DNA of 63,854 nt, the filler included, from Reticulomyxa filosa (lineage: Eukaryota > Protista > Foraminifera), in assembly GCA_000512085.1 (NCBI GenBank). It is 22 parts of 22 records of this genome, joined end to end, with 100 filler letters (N's around TTAATTAATTAA, not from the genome) between each part and the next. Parts side by side here need not be neighbours in the genome. Positions count along the whole stretch, not along the records: positions 25,402 to 27,302 come from ASPP01027776.1; positions 27,403 to 29,172 come from ASPP01000480.1; positions 29,273 to 31,815 come from ASPP01027024.1; positions 31,916 to 43,207 come from ASPP01012276.1; 18 more parts are not named here. The stretch is one strand, 5' to 3'. Each line of letters starts with the position of its first letter. Within the stretch, counting starts at the first letter, position 1. The position numbers were made by a program, and so were the translations under genes. The notes under the pieces are model-generated. The model did not search any database and was not told the DNA's origin. It saw nothing but the letters and a program-made list of their open reading frames with translations. This document shows positions 26,270-39,054 of this stretch, one piece after another.

Positions 26270-27167
26270 ATGAGTTTTTACTTTGTCACTGTTTTTGGAG
26301 ACGGATTGAAGTGGGTTGGCCAAGATATTTTCTTTAAAGATACACCAAAAAGAAAATTTAGCGAATGTCAAATAAAACTCTTCACACAGATGAATTCCTA
26401 GCATACAGAAGTACACAAAATATTTAGGAAAAAACTAGACGTTGGAAACAATACAGCAGTATAAAAGATGGAGTATTGATATGTTTCGAAAAAATCCGTA
26501 CTTCTGTGTTTAAAATAACAAACGTAAACTGGTAAATACGTACCACGGAAAATAATCTGAACACAGCAGAGGGGGCAATAAGGAAAAAAAAAAGATTTGG
26601 TAATGCAGCAATCAGATAACCAAGTTGTGCGCCCACCAAAAAGGCCGCGTCCAGATGATGATATTGATAATCATCAAAATGGAAATCCGGCAAAAAGACG
26701 CCATCTAAATGATGATACTTCTAATATATCAAAGTTGGAACTGTCGTTTCTGGTAGTTATTTTGCAGAGTGAAAAGAGGGAAAGGGGAGAGCCCTAACCA
26801 CAAAGTGTTCAATACTAAGACGGAACACATTTGTTGGTTGTCATTTACAAATAGATGGGTTTGCGTCCAAAGAATGATTTGGAAGATTCGATAATCAAAT
26901 GGGCCTATGAGTCTCTCTCCAAAGGAAAGTCTGTGGAGGTAAGAAAGTATTATGTTTTCCAAAGACGAGAGGGACGGAGGGAGGTGGAAAGGTTTATATG
27001 TAATACAACGAAGAGGTCAGCACAGAGAGAACCACCTTTGTACATCGGATAGACAAATAGCATACAGTGATATATGTGTGTGTATACTTATATCAATATC
27101 ACAGATTGAAGCATCTTTAGGACATTTGATCACAACAAAAGAAGACGACACAAAATCAGCCACCACT
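26270..27167 (+). CDS. Hypothetical multi-exon protein, possibly THUMP-domain RNA methyltransferase-like, 5' part
   Basis: MSFYFVTVFGDGLKW start weakly recalls the THUMPD2/3 N-terminus; short exons with GT-AG introns; exon model uncertain. Confidence 0.3.
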
Positions 27168-28195
27168 GTACGCGAGCCTTTAATTAATTTTTTTTTTTAG
27201 TTTGCGAAATGGTGACACATGCAAAAAAAAAAAAAAGAAAAATTATTTTTGTAACTATGAAATTATATATCCATCACAATATTGTAATGACAATAATAAT
27301 GANNNNNNNNNNNNNNNNNNNNNNNNNNNNNNNNNNNNNNNNNNNNTTAATTAATTAANNNNNNNNNNNNNNNNNNNNNNNNNNNNNNNNNNNNNNNNNN
27401 NNTTCAAAATGGAATGATTTCTTGCAACGAAATGAGATTTTGTTTTTAATCGAAAAAAGAATTTGAATTTTATAAGTATTTATGTTCAACATAGGTTTTT
27501 AATTAAAAAAGAAAAACAAATTTCAGATGGGATCAAAAAATGATCTATGAAAATATTTATTATGAATATTCAATTCGTTCACTTTGTCGATCCAAACCAA
27601 AGGTAAAGGACTATAACAGTAATGTTGGTTGAACAAAGTATCTTGAGTTTCTCAGTCACATGTTCAGCCTTTGTCTAAAGTATGAACTGAAGGCTAATAA
27701 TTTCTTGGCCAGTCTAAACCTTAATTAATCACTAACTTATGTGGAGATCTGTCCCAACAATTGTGTCTGTTTTTCGTTGAAAGGATTATAGATGCAGTTT
27801 TTTGTCTATGTGGTTTTCAACGGCTTTTGATATAATTTTTCTTCAGCAAAAAAATGAATATGAAAATACATAATTTATTTCTTAACACGTGTTGATTACT
27901 TTTTCAAAAAAAATATTTGCATTATGCACCCTATTTCTTTGAAAATAAAAAATTTGTTATTCTTTAAATTAAGCTTTTTAAAGAACAGGACTAAAAAAGG
28001 GAGTTGAGCTAAAAAAAATTAATAATATCAACTATTCCTATACCGAACGCTTAGCTATTACACACATTGTGATAAAAGTTATCAAAAAAAAGTATTTATA
28101 TAGAACAAATAATGTAGAATAATTAAGTAAAATAGTAAAATTCAAAATTTAATAAATATTATAATTTTTTTTTATGTTGCAATATTAATTTTTAG

Positions 28196-28900
28196 ATGGA
28201 ATCCGGCGAATGCTGTTTGTTTGTGCATTATGGTTGCAATATTGATTTTCTTGATGGCGAATTGCAAGATCATTTAGTCAAAAATATGATATATCATTTT
28301 AATTTAATTCAGGCGAAGACTAAAGAGCTTGAAGATATAATTCGAAAGCAGCAAGAACTACGTAAAGCAAGAGAAAGTAAAAATTTTCGAATAGAATATG
28401 AAGTGAAAATTACTGATGAATTAAAAATTGAGTTAATTGATGATATAACATTGGATAATGTTTTTGCATATTTATTGAATGAAAAAAGTAATTTATTTGA
28501 TTGGAATTGCATCAATTGGAGCAAATACCAGAGCAACTGTAACCAATGCAGAAAATATAGCATAGAGCAATGTCGAGTTGACAGTAAATTGTTTAATGTG
28601 ACGTTTGTACATGATGTAAATTGGTATAGACATCATTTAAAAAATGCCAAGATAAAACAAGAAGACGTTAGAGATTTAATTATACAGCTTAAAGGATTTT
28701 GGAAAGCTGCAAAAGACTGCTGGAAAGAAAGCAAGAATATGTTTATAATGAAGGGTATCCAAGTATTATTTGAAAAAATAGAACAACATGAAGTATTCGC
28801 ATTCTATCAATCGACAATGAGCGAATGTAAGCACAATAGACTCAAGATTGCTAGTAGTCCTATATCAGATTTATTTTGGGCGCTGATGAAACGTACGTAA
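28196..28900 (+). CDS. Exon of an expanded-family protein: TRAF-type zinc-finger remnant plus coiled coil
   Basis: CLFVHYGC...LQDHLVKNMIYHFNL followed by a K/E-rich helix; preceded by a TTTAG acceptor. Confidence 0.5.
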   Translation: MESGECCLFVHYGCNIDFLDGELQDHLVKNMIYHFNLIQAKTKELEDIIRKQQELRKARESKNFRIEYEVKITDELKIELIDDITLDNVFAYLLNEKSNLFDWNCINWSKYQSNCNQCRKYSIEQCRVDSKLFNVTFVHDVNWYRHHLKNAKIKQEDVRDLIIQLKGFWKAAKDCWKESKNMFIMKGIQVLFEKIEQHEVFAFYQSTMSECKHNRLKIASSPISDLFWALMKRT

Positions 28901-29272
28901 ACGAAAGCGTTTTTCCTTGTCGAATATAAGCAGCCTAGATCTCTTAATGTATTTGAAGAAGAAAATAAAGTATTGGAGCTGACATGGGAAAAAATATTGA
29001 AAGATATCAAACGACAAAAAGCAAAAAGTTAACTAAATTTTTTAATTTTTTAAAATATTTTTAAAAAAGTATTTGAATAGGAACAAAGCAAACATCCAAA
29101 TTAAAAACTGATTTTAACAAGCTATGTAAATATGGAATAAACACAAGCAACCTAGCTGATGAAAAAGTAGCANNNNNNNNNNNNNNNNNNNNNNNNNNNN
29201 NNNNNNNNNNNNNNNNTTAATTAATTAANNNNNNNNNNNNNNNNNNNNNNNNNNNNNNNNNNNNNNNNNNNN

Positions 29273-30850
29273 GTCACTAGACTTGTCCTTTCAATGATGA
29301 TTCAGAATTACGCAAAGTGACGATATCATCAATCGCTTGTCTGAGCTTGTCTGCAAACGAAATCCTTTTAGATGATTTGTCATAAAATTCTTTTTTAAGA
29401 CAGTCAATTTGATCTGATAATTTTCGGTTTGACGCATACACAGAGTTGATTTCGTTTGTAGATATTTCTTTGCGAGATACTAATTCTTTTTCCAATTTGT
29501 TGATCTTGTTCGATGCTTCACTTTCCGCATTTTGTGCAGATAACTCTTTCTCTTTTAATTCTTCCTTCAATTTTTCGACATGTCCAGACAAATCGGCTTT
29601 TTCCTTTTTGATCACTTTCAATTCGTCGCTCAAAGCTGTTGATTTCCCAGACAAGTTTTCTCCAGTGTTTCTTGCTTCGTTCAATTCATCATCCAATTTA
29701 ACAATTCTTTCATTGGAACCACGAATCTAGTCATCTTTTTGTGTTATTAGTACTCGCAATTCTTCTTTGTCCGTTTTTTTCGGCCAAAGAGTACAAATCT
29801 GCCTTGGCTTGCGCTTTAACACTGTGTAATTCCTCTTTAAAATTACTCTTTTGATATTTAAGCTGTTTTTTCAAGTATTTCAATTTTTTCTTCTAATGTA
29901 TTTTTTTATCATTCCAAATCGCTTCGTTCTTTTTCTACTGCTGACTTAATTACCGCATTTTGCTTAGATAAATCACTCAATCATGAAATTTCTTTTCCCA
30001 TTTCTCTTGCAAACTTTCATTTTTGTTTGTTCACTATGTCTATGTTGATCACTTGCCCTTTTTGCTTCGACTTCTTTTTGTAATTCTGTCTCTTTTTCAG
30101 ACAATTCTTCTTTTAATCGTTTAACATCGTCTTTGTATTTCAACAAATACTTTTTTTCTTCCTATTTAAGACAAATTCACAAAATAACAAACTATGCATT
30201 TTGCTTGTTAGATTATGTTTTAGTATTTTGATCAACTTCCCAATTGGCTTGCAATGTTGTGTTTATACGTCCTTGTTTCAGAAATGCCAGATTTAATGGC
30301 GTCAATGTTTTTATTTAAGTCTTCATTTTGGGTTTTAACATAGATCAATTCTGTTTGTAGTCTATTCAAATCGCCCAATAATGATCGTTTTTCATTTTCC
30401 AAGTATCCTGTTTTGATAGACGGAACTCGAAAAAAATTCACGAAGCCAAACAAGCAAACCAACAAGAGTAACTTACAAATTCAAGATTACAACACATTGT
30501 CAATGTTTACTTTCTTAACTTTTTCTTTTCTCAAAATAGTAATTTGTTCAAGATCAGCTTTTAGTTCAAGTTCTTGATTTTTTTTATTGAACATTCCAAC
30601 AATGCTGTTTGCTTGTTATCACCTCCTGCTTGAATTTCTTTGCAATGCAAATACAATCAAAACTTAATCAAACAAATAACAACAACAAAAAAATAGAAAC
30701 ATACTTTTAATTTATCAATTTCTACTGTTAATTCAATGATTTTTTTCTCCAATTCTTTATTTTTCATTTGGACTATCTTTTGCATGTCAACACACACTTG
30801 TCGTTCTTGTTTCCAAGGCGTTTTGACTATGTTCACTTCGTCATTGTGTT
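29273..30850 (-). pseudogene. Long coiled-coil protein gene with many frameshifts/stops (pseudogene or low-quality contig)
   Basis: E/K/L heptad-rich fragments (e.g. ORF 29277-29696) that switch frames repeatedly. Confidence 0.5.
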
Positions 30851-31963
30851 GTTATCGTTGTCGCAATTGTTGAACAAAGACCATTCGAGCACATTCTTTT
30901 TCTTTTTCTTTAAATAATTGCTTTAACTGTATCAACCATCCAACATAACAATGTAAAAGTATTTATCAAACAATGACTTTATTAATTTTTTCTTTTCAAC
31001 TATTTTTTTAAAAAAATCTTATACGGGAAAATGTTTTTTTTTAGGTTATCATCGTTCTTTTTGTTTAATTATCACAATAATCAAAATTTACTTAACATCA
31101 GCATTATTTCTAACTATTCCAAATCATCTCATTTTGCCTTTCTTTTTTTTTCAGCTTTTTCTTTTTTCTGCTCCTTCAGATTGTTTTTTCAGCGACACTT
31201 TAATCTATTTTTTTAAAATTACAATATAAGTATATGTATATTGTGCTGTAAAATTTTAAAAAACTTAAAATTTAAAAAAGGATTACTAAAAAATATATTA
31301 TAGAATTTTTTTCTTTTCTCCTTTTATCTTAACTGTGCAATGGTCGTCGCTTGTTGTTGTTATGGTTCAGAAGGAGTAGCTTCGACAAAGTTTGATGTAA
31401 GCTCGATCTCGATACTTGGACGGCCACGTCTTTTTCTTTTTTTGCTACATTTTTATTTCAATAAAAAAAACTTTTGATTTGATTAGCCCATTTTTCTTTA
31501 CTCATTAATGTTAAATCGCAGAAAACTTGAAGCATAATGGTGAAAATACAAAAGATTATATAGTTGATGACAAAAAAAAACATACCCTTTGCCAACAACA
31601 AATCCTCCGGTCGATTCATCGTAAATAAGCATTTGTTTGTTGATATCTTCTTTGTTTTCTTCTATATGCGTCATTTGCTGTTTTTTTTTTTAAATAATCA
31701 TTTTTTAAAAATTCGGGTTTATTTGACCAAGAAAAAAAAAATTAAGAAAACGTCCTCTGCTCCTATTTTTTTTAAAAAACAATAAAATGACAAAATTAAA
31801 AAAAATAAGTATGAANNNNNNNNNNNNNNNNNNNNNNNNNNNNNNNNNNNNNNNNNNNNTTAATTAATTAANNNNNNNNNNNNNNNNNNNNNNNNNNNNN
31901 NNNNNNNNNNNNNNNACAAAAAAAAAAAAAAAAAAAAATATTTTATTTTTAAAAAAAAACAAG

Positions 31964-34668
31964 GGTGGAATTACTTCATCAACGCCAAGAAAAATTGCAA
32001 AAACGACTGAAAGAAATGGAAAATGGCCAATATGACAAGGAACAAATTGCCAAGGGAGAAGCGGGATCATCATCCCCAACGTTGCCCGTGCCAAACGGCA
32101 ATAATGTAAGGTCACTACGACCAGAGAGTGTTTCTCCGTCACTTATGTGCGATGACGGTATGATTGCATTGACAAAAAGGAACAAACAGCACCGTGTGAG
32201 ATTGATTATCTGAGTATCTGTTACTCTGTTGTTTGTGCGTGTGAATGCCACAGTGAGAAGTGGAGAGGACAAACGCAATGGTAGTGATAGCAACGGATGT
32301 TTTCCAGAAAAGACAGCTCGCATCAATGACAAACAAAACGAAGAGTACAGTGGCGCGATACGTGAGTTTAGTAGCAATATCAATGGAAAGGGAAAAGACA
32401 GACATAGAAAAACGGAACGAGAATCAGTCAAAACATGGAAAACTACAATTGATTGCAGCAAAAGTGACTTAAAGATAATGTCACAATCGCCAAAAGAAAA
32501 TGGCAGCAGTAGCGACACGCCACTGCAAGGAAATGAAAAGCAAGGCGAAGCCTTTGAAAAAAAAAAGAGAAGCCAAAGGAAAAAGATAAAGAAAAAGATC
32601 AGGATCAGGATCAAGACCTCGACAAAGAAAGCGAAAGCAATAAACAAAGACAGCCACTATCTCAAGAGATCGAAATCAATGGCGAAGCGGAATCGAAAAG
32701 TCCACACAGAAGAAGAAAGTATTGCGCTCAAGTAAAAAATGAAAAATTTTGGTTGTGGGAATTTTATAAACCGACTGGCAAAGTATTAGGAGAAGGAGCG
32801 TATGCTACAGTCATGTAATGTGACCTGCCAAACAACGTTCTTTTTAGTTTGTTTTTATTTTTTTCATTTTTTTTTTGCTTGTTTCTATCCCCTTTTTTTG
32901 TTGTTTTGATTTTGTAATTAAAAAACATATGAAATAAAAAGTGAAGCAAAAGATACTCGTACCAACAAAGTGGTTGCCATAAAAAAAAACAAAAATGTAT
33001 TTGCTGAAATCTGTGATGCCAAACGAGTGTTGAGAGAAATTCGGCTACTTATGCATTTTGACCACGACGATGTTACGTGCCAAAAGTGGAATGCCACTGC
33101 ATACGTATTCCTTGAACCTATTCCTTTTTTTTATTATTATTGTTGGTGAGGGGGTGTCTAATCAAAGCAATTTGTGTTTGTGGACTTTAACATTGATCTT
33201 TAGATTATTCGTTTGTTAGACGTCATTCCTCCAGCATATGAAGAAATTGGAACTTTTACGGACGTGTTAAGTGATCATGGCAAAAAAAAAGGGGGGTAAG
33301 GAGCACCAAAAAATGGAGAAAGGGGGGGAAAAAATACTCAAAACAAAAAACGCAAACACATGTTCTAATGCCGTATATGTGGTGGAAAAAGGTATTTGGT
33401 AATTCCGAAAATGGAAATGACCCTAAAAGAAGTAATCAAATCTAAACAACCTTTAACCAATGACCATTATCTGTTTTTTATTTATCAAATACTTCGTGGG
33501 CTTAAATACATTCATTCTGCTGGTGTCGTTCATCGAGACTTAGTTTTGATTTTTCTCTTTTTCCTACTCTTTTGTCGTTCATTCTTCTCTTTTGAAAATG
33601 CTTTTTCATAAATATTGACTGTGTAATGTGATATTGAATAAAACAAAGAAACCAGAGAATATATTGGTAAATGGTAGCAATTGCAACGTCAAAATCAGTG
33701 ATTTTGGATTAGCAAGAGGGGTACATGACGGGGAAAAAATGACTGAGTACGTAGTGACACGGTGGTATCGCGCACCAGAGGTGATGGTGTCTGCGCAAAA
33801 ATATGACGCTCAAGTAGACGTATGGTCGGTTGGTTGTATCTTCGCAGAGTTAATATTACGAAGTGAATTGTTTCCTGGCAGCAATCGTTACGTTCTCTAT
33901 GTTTTGCTCTGCTCCTTGTCCGTTTTATTTCTTCATTCTAACTACATTTAGTTTATCAACGAAATAAATAAACAAGACTTAGAAATGCTGTTGATCATAT
34001 TTGCCGTGTTGGGCACTCCCCAGTTGGATGATTTGGATTGGATTGATAACAAAGAAGCTTTGGCATGGGTTCAAAAATTGGAACCAATTCTTCCCAAGGA
34101 CTTAGGGTTTGTTTTCAGAAAGGCGACATCCGAAGCACAAGATTTGATCAAGCGTATGCTTATTCTAAATCCACGAAAGCGTATTACTGTCGTTGATGCA
34201 TTAGCTCATCCATATTGTGCCAAACTTCATAACCCAGAAAAAGAGGTTTAAAAAAACAAATAAATTCAATTTTATGCACACCTTGCTTTTGTTTATATAC
34301 ACATATGTATTTTTATTATATATATATTTTTTTTTTTAATCAAAATACCAACTTCACATTGGAAATACATCAACAGAAAGTTTGTGAGAAATTTGACTTA
34401 TCATTTGAATCAGACAAATCCATCAACACTGATTTTGGAGTACGACGTTAAGTGAAAATCTATACACAATAGACAAAAAAAACTGTTTTTTTCTAACATT
34501 TCACAAATAATTTACGCAAAAATATTAGATATCATGTTCAAAACGCTTAATTCTTTTGTCCCGCCCAAACGAATGCATCGGCGCAATGGTTCATCCATCC
34601 GTTCACGAGAAAAAAGTGGCAATGAAAAAAAACATTCACGAAACAAAGTCACTCCTTCGTCGTGTTGA
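31964..34668 (+). CDS. MAP kinase with TEY activation loop and long charged N-terminal extension, multi-exon, 5'-truncated
   Basis: [47 protein letters not shown]|[40 protein letters not shown]; stop TGA at 34666-34668. Confidence 0.95.
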
Positions 34669-35334
34669 GGCAGAATCGATTTTGTTTTCTTTTTTTTTGT
34701 AACCTTCCGAGAAAATTTGACCACTAGAAAATGGGTTGTGGCTGTATACTATCGTGTTTGTTGTTATTTGTTGAAAACGACGATTCGGTGATTTTTCTCG
34801 TAATCATCTAAAACAGAATAAATACATCATTGTGAAAGAAAAAGTGCAACAAAAAAGCTAGAGCCTCTTTTGTTGCTTGTTAATCTTTTCTCCCATCTTA
34901 ATATTTTTTTCACTTACATTTGCACACATTTTTATTTTTATTGCTTATTTTTCTACTTCTATTTTTTTTAAAGGAATGTTGTTGAAAGACGACAAAATGT
35001 TGATTTTTATTCTTCTTGCTAATTTCCGGCCTTGAAGGATGTTTTGTTCAACATTGTCTGTTAAAACATTCTGATCTGTTTGGATTTGTTTTACGACACT
35101 TGCTGTGAGTTGGTTGGAATTACAGTGAAGAATTTTTTCTATGTGCAAAGTGTAAAAAATAGCTAAAAATTGCATTTTTGTGTTCCATTATTTTATCTTT
35201 TTTATTTTCCTAATGATTGTTCTTCAAAAATCATTTCACATTTATTTCATCTGAAATTTGTCTACACGTTTTCAAACTCCTAACCCCAAAACAAAAGACG
35301 TACAACATTGTAATTACTCTTCAATCATTTAAAT

Positions 35335-37224
35335 ATGAAGGATCTCTCACAACTAACCACACTTGAAGCTTCAAAATTGATCGAAGGATGGGGATCTCAG
35401 CCGGTATCATTAACAATTGATACTGTGTCGATTGCCAGCAAGAGTTCTTTTACCCTATCGCCAGACGAGAGTTATCTCAAGTTCTTTTTGACGAGACGAT
35501 GGCTGAAATCATTAGATTTCATGGATGTAGTGTTTTGATTTTTGAGGCGTTAAAATCAATGACTCCAGAGCAAGGTGTTATCCAACACATGACATGGCCA
35601 GTTTAACAAGCTTTTTGTTATTTCTTCCGAGCGTTATCTTGGCACACAAAAAAACGTGATGGTTTTGTCTTTGTGAGCAGGGTGGAAATTTGCACTCCCG
35701 GCAGCGTACGTTATTTTGTTGATGCTCTTTAACAGGTGCAAGCCAAACTTTGCGAATATGTATGGTATTAATCCTTCAGCAATTGAGTTTTTTGGGTCCA
35801 GTTAAGTCGAAAACAAAAGAAAAAAAATAATCTGCGTGCTTAAAGAACGTATGTGCGTGCATATGCATGTATGATTTTTAAAAAAAGATATTTCGAAGTG
35901 CGCCGCGGTGTTATTTGGTTGGATGGTGTGGCAAGCGGTGATATATATAGCATTGGTGCTGTTTGTCCCTTGTGGAAATAGTCAAGACAGAGAAAATTGG
36001 GCGGCAGTTCGATGGGGACTGTTTTATTCCACTCATTTTTGGTATGCAGCGACGTTAACATTTTGGGCCTTTTCATCAGTTGATATCCACACTTATCCGA
36101 CGGAAGTGTATCAACAGTTGTTGAAAGACCGCCAGGCTATTGAAACGGCCTTTTCCCGCTATGTTGGTTTCTTTCATCGTGTAATCGGGACAATGGATGA
36201 TGACAGCAATACCGAAGGTATTATGTACTTGATACTAATTGCGGCTGCTGTATTCACATGGTTGGCTATGGGAGTAAGTATTTCTACCCAAATTTATGGC
36301 ACAGGAGGTTCAACTGGTAAGGCTTTCCAAAAAAAAAAAAGCACTTCTTTGGATTATGGAGTTGTGTACTCTCTTTTTTTTTTTGGCAAAAATTTTTATT
36401 TGACAATTTTTTGCGTAGATTTGGTGTGTTGTTTACAATGTTAATAGGTTTTATTGTTTGGAGTGCGAAAACTTGGCTGTAACTGGCTCTGCAGTAGTTT
36501 CAACGCTCGTTGGATAGCATGGAGTTCTTATAATCACATGACCGGATGCCAGCGTGGCTTGAAGCTGTTCGAAGCTCGCATGGATTGGCATAAAGTAACA
36601 GACATACTTGCATTTGAAAGCATGCGGGAGCACATGGTCCAAAAAGAACTTCCTTATCGCTTGTGTCATCCCTTGTATCACGCATCCTGGTTCGCAAGCT
36701 TTACCTTGATCTTGGCTATCATCTACATCGCTATGCTTGTAAACAACTTTTCCGCCTTTTTAACCCAACCAACGTATATTGCCATCAAACTCGGCCGAAA
36801 TATACTTGCGGTGTTGGTCATCTTGTATTCTTTAATTTATTTTCAAAAATTTGCGGATTTGCACGCTTTTCATAGTGAAAATCATCGTAAATTGCTGCGA
36901 AAGTGTATTGTTGATCTACAAGTCGAAAAATTAAAACTTGCAGCTCATGTAGAAATGATCAAAAGTCAAATATCTCAAAATGATCCTGCGGCTTCTGAAC
37001 AAGCGATCCGATCGGCACAAGAACAAATTGAAGAATATGAACGCATGGCCAGAATCTTAAAAAAAATGCAAGAATTTCAGGAAGGATTAGATCCTTATTA
37101 TGCTATTCGGGTGTTTGGATACCAAGTTAAGGCAACCCCGGCTTTGGTTAGCGCAATCACCGGATCCATTGGAGCATACCTTGCGGTCATTTTTTCGCTC
37201 TTTGTTAATAACTTTATTGCATAA
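35335..37224 (+). CDS. Multi-pass membrane protein, candidate gustatory-receptor-like (7TMIC/GRL) channel; contains frameshifts
   Basis: About seven hydrophobic segments, a long helical loop after the penultimate TM, and a C-terminal AIRVFGYQVKATPALVSAITGSIGAYLAVIFSLF. Confidence 0.5.
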
Positions 37225-37532
37225 AATAAAAGTGTATCAACAAGGTGGAGGAGTTTATTGTTTATGCTTAAAGTAAAAATGCATTTTTTGTGTTTAATTG
37301 TCTCGTTTTCTTTTTGTGTAATTGTTTGTACTAATCTTCAAAGAGGAATAAAATAAAATTGAAGCATTTTTGATTTGACAATTCTGCACTATCTTGTTTT
37401 CTGTCCAAAGCTGTTCACAAACGGAAGGGGTCTTTCTTGGAAAACTCAATTTTTTTTAACAAAAGCGTTAAAACAAAAGCCTGTTGAAGTAAAAAATCCA
37501 AAATTTAATTGTGTTGATCACCGAAAAGAGAA

Positions 37533-38567
37533 ATGGACAACAAACTTGAGGTTTGTAGTTATTGTGAGCGTGTTTGACTGTCAGGTCAAGGACTGACTCC
37601 TGAATAGGCAATTGTCGGGCGAATTCAAACATTAGAAAGAAATAAACGGCAAAGAGAACTTAGGACCGAACGTTTGCAACAGCAGAAAAGAGAATTAATC
37701 AATGCCAATCACAAAAGTTTCTTTAAGAGATTGTTTTTGTCTGTGAAGAGAAAACACTTTCGTTTTACAATTAAAAAAAACAAAAGTGAAAGAAGACATT
37801 CAAAAAATGAAAAATGAAATCCAATCGATGGAAGCAGCAACTAACGAGGTAATGACCGAAAGTAAAGAAAAGAAAGCAACAATCGATGCTTTGAGAAAAC
37901 AATTGAACACCTTGCATTCCCAGAAATTGATATTCGAGAAAAAATGTTGTACCCAAACACGAACCAATGAGGAATTATTACGTCGATTTATGGCAAACAT
38001 TCATTTTTACCAAAAACGATCAGTGAATGATTGTGTGACATTGTTCGAATATTATCAAAAAATTTCACCCAACAAAATTGCGTTGGTACTGAACAATGAT
38101 TTTGTCGAAATGAGAGATGTCAATGACAGTTATGACAGCTAAAAAAAAGTTTTTTTCATCTGGTAGTACATTATTGCAAACATATAACATTCAAAGAGAC
38201 GCAGTCTAATGATTCCAAAAAAAAAGAGCTGAAAGAAAGAGAGGAAGAAGCATTAAAGAAATTGATTGCAGTTTTGCTCTAAAAAAAAAGAAATCACAAC
38301 AAATTATAAGCTGCATGATTACCGTGAACAGAAGAGGCAAGAAAAAGCTTTATTAGAAAATGACAAAGACATTGCTAAATCTGGCGAGATACCTACTCAA
38401 CCTTCAGCCAACGACATTATGTCTGCTTATCAGATCAAAATGCAGCAATTTTGTAATGAATTTCAAGTTATGCTAGAGGAATAAAAGTCAAATTAATAAC
38501 ACTTGTAATTTGTTGTTTTGTTGTTTTTATGTTAGAACGTTGCAATGAGATTCGAAACGACGGTTAA
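37533..38567 (+). CDS. Hypothetical coiled-coil protein, multi-exon
   Basis: MDNKLE|AIVGRIQTLE..., exons include 37786-38021 and 38266-38484; stop TAA at 38565-38567. Confidence 0.6.
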
Positions 38568-39054
38568 GTGTCATTTTATTCGCGATAGTATTACTTTTGA
38601 TACATTTTGTTGTTGATGAATAATAGGTCCTACCCTTAGTTCATCAACTGAGTGAGTCTGGCCATTCCGAAACAATTTGAAAGACACCTTTTTCCATGTT
38701 TCTTTCTTCATTTTAGTGCCTATTGATGATTGCAAAGTGGATAACTCACATTAGATTCTCTTCTCAAACGACCTTTTTATTTGATAACTTAGGACTTTTT
38801 CTACAAAATTGTAAGCAACCAGGTGACGTTTACAGACAAACATTTTTGTCTCATCTTTATTCGAAATTTTTTTCTTTTAAACTAAGTCACACAAAAAGTC
38901 TTCAGCACGGCAAATAGACACATCAAAGAGCAAATTTCTCTTAAGTTTCCATAACACAAATATTCAAAAATTTCTTAGTGCATTTAATATTTGATTTAAT
39001 AAAAATAACAATTGAGTGAAACAAGCCGTCAGAGAAAAGAAAAAGAGTTGAGCT

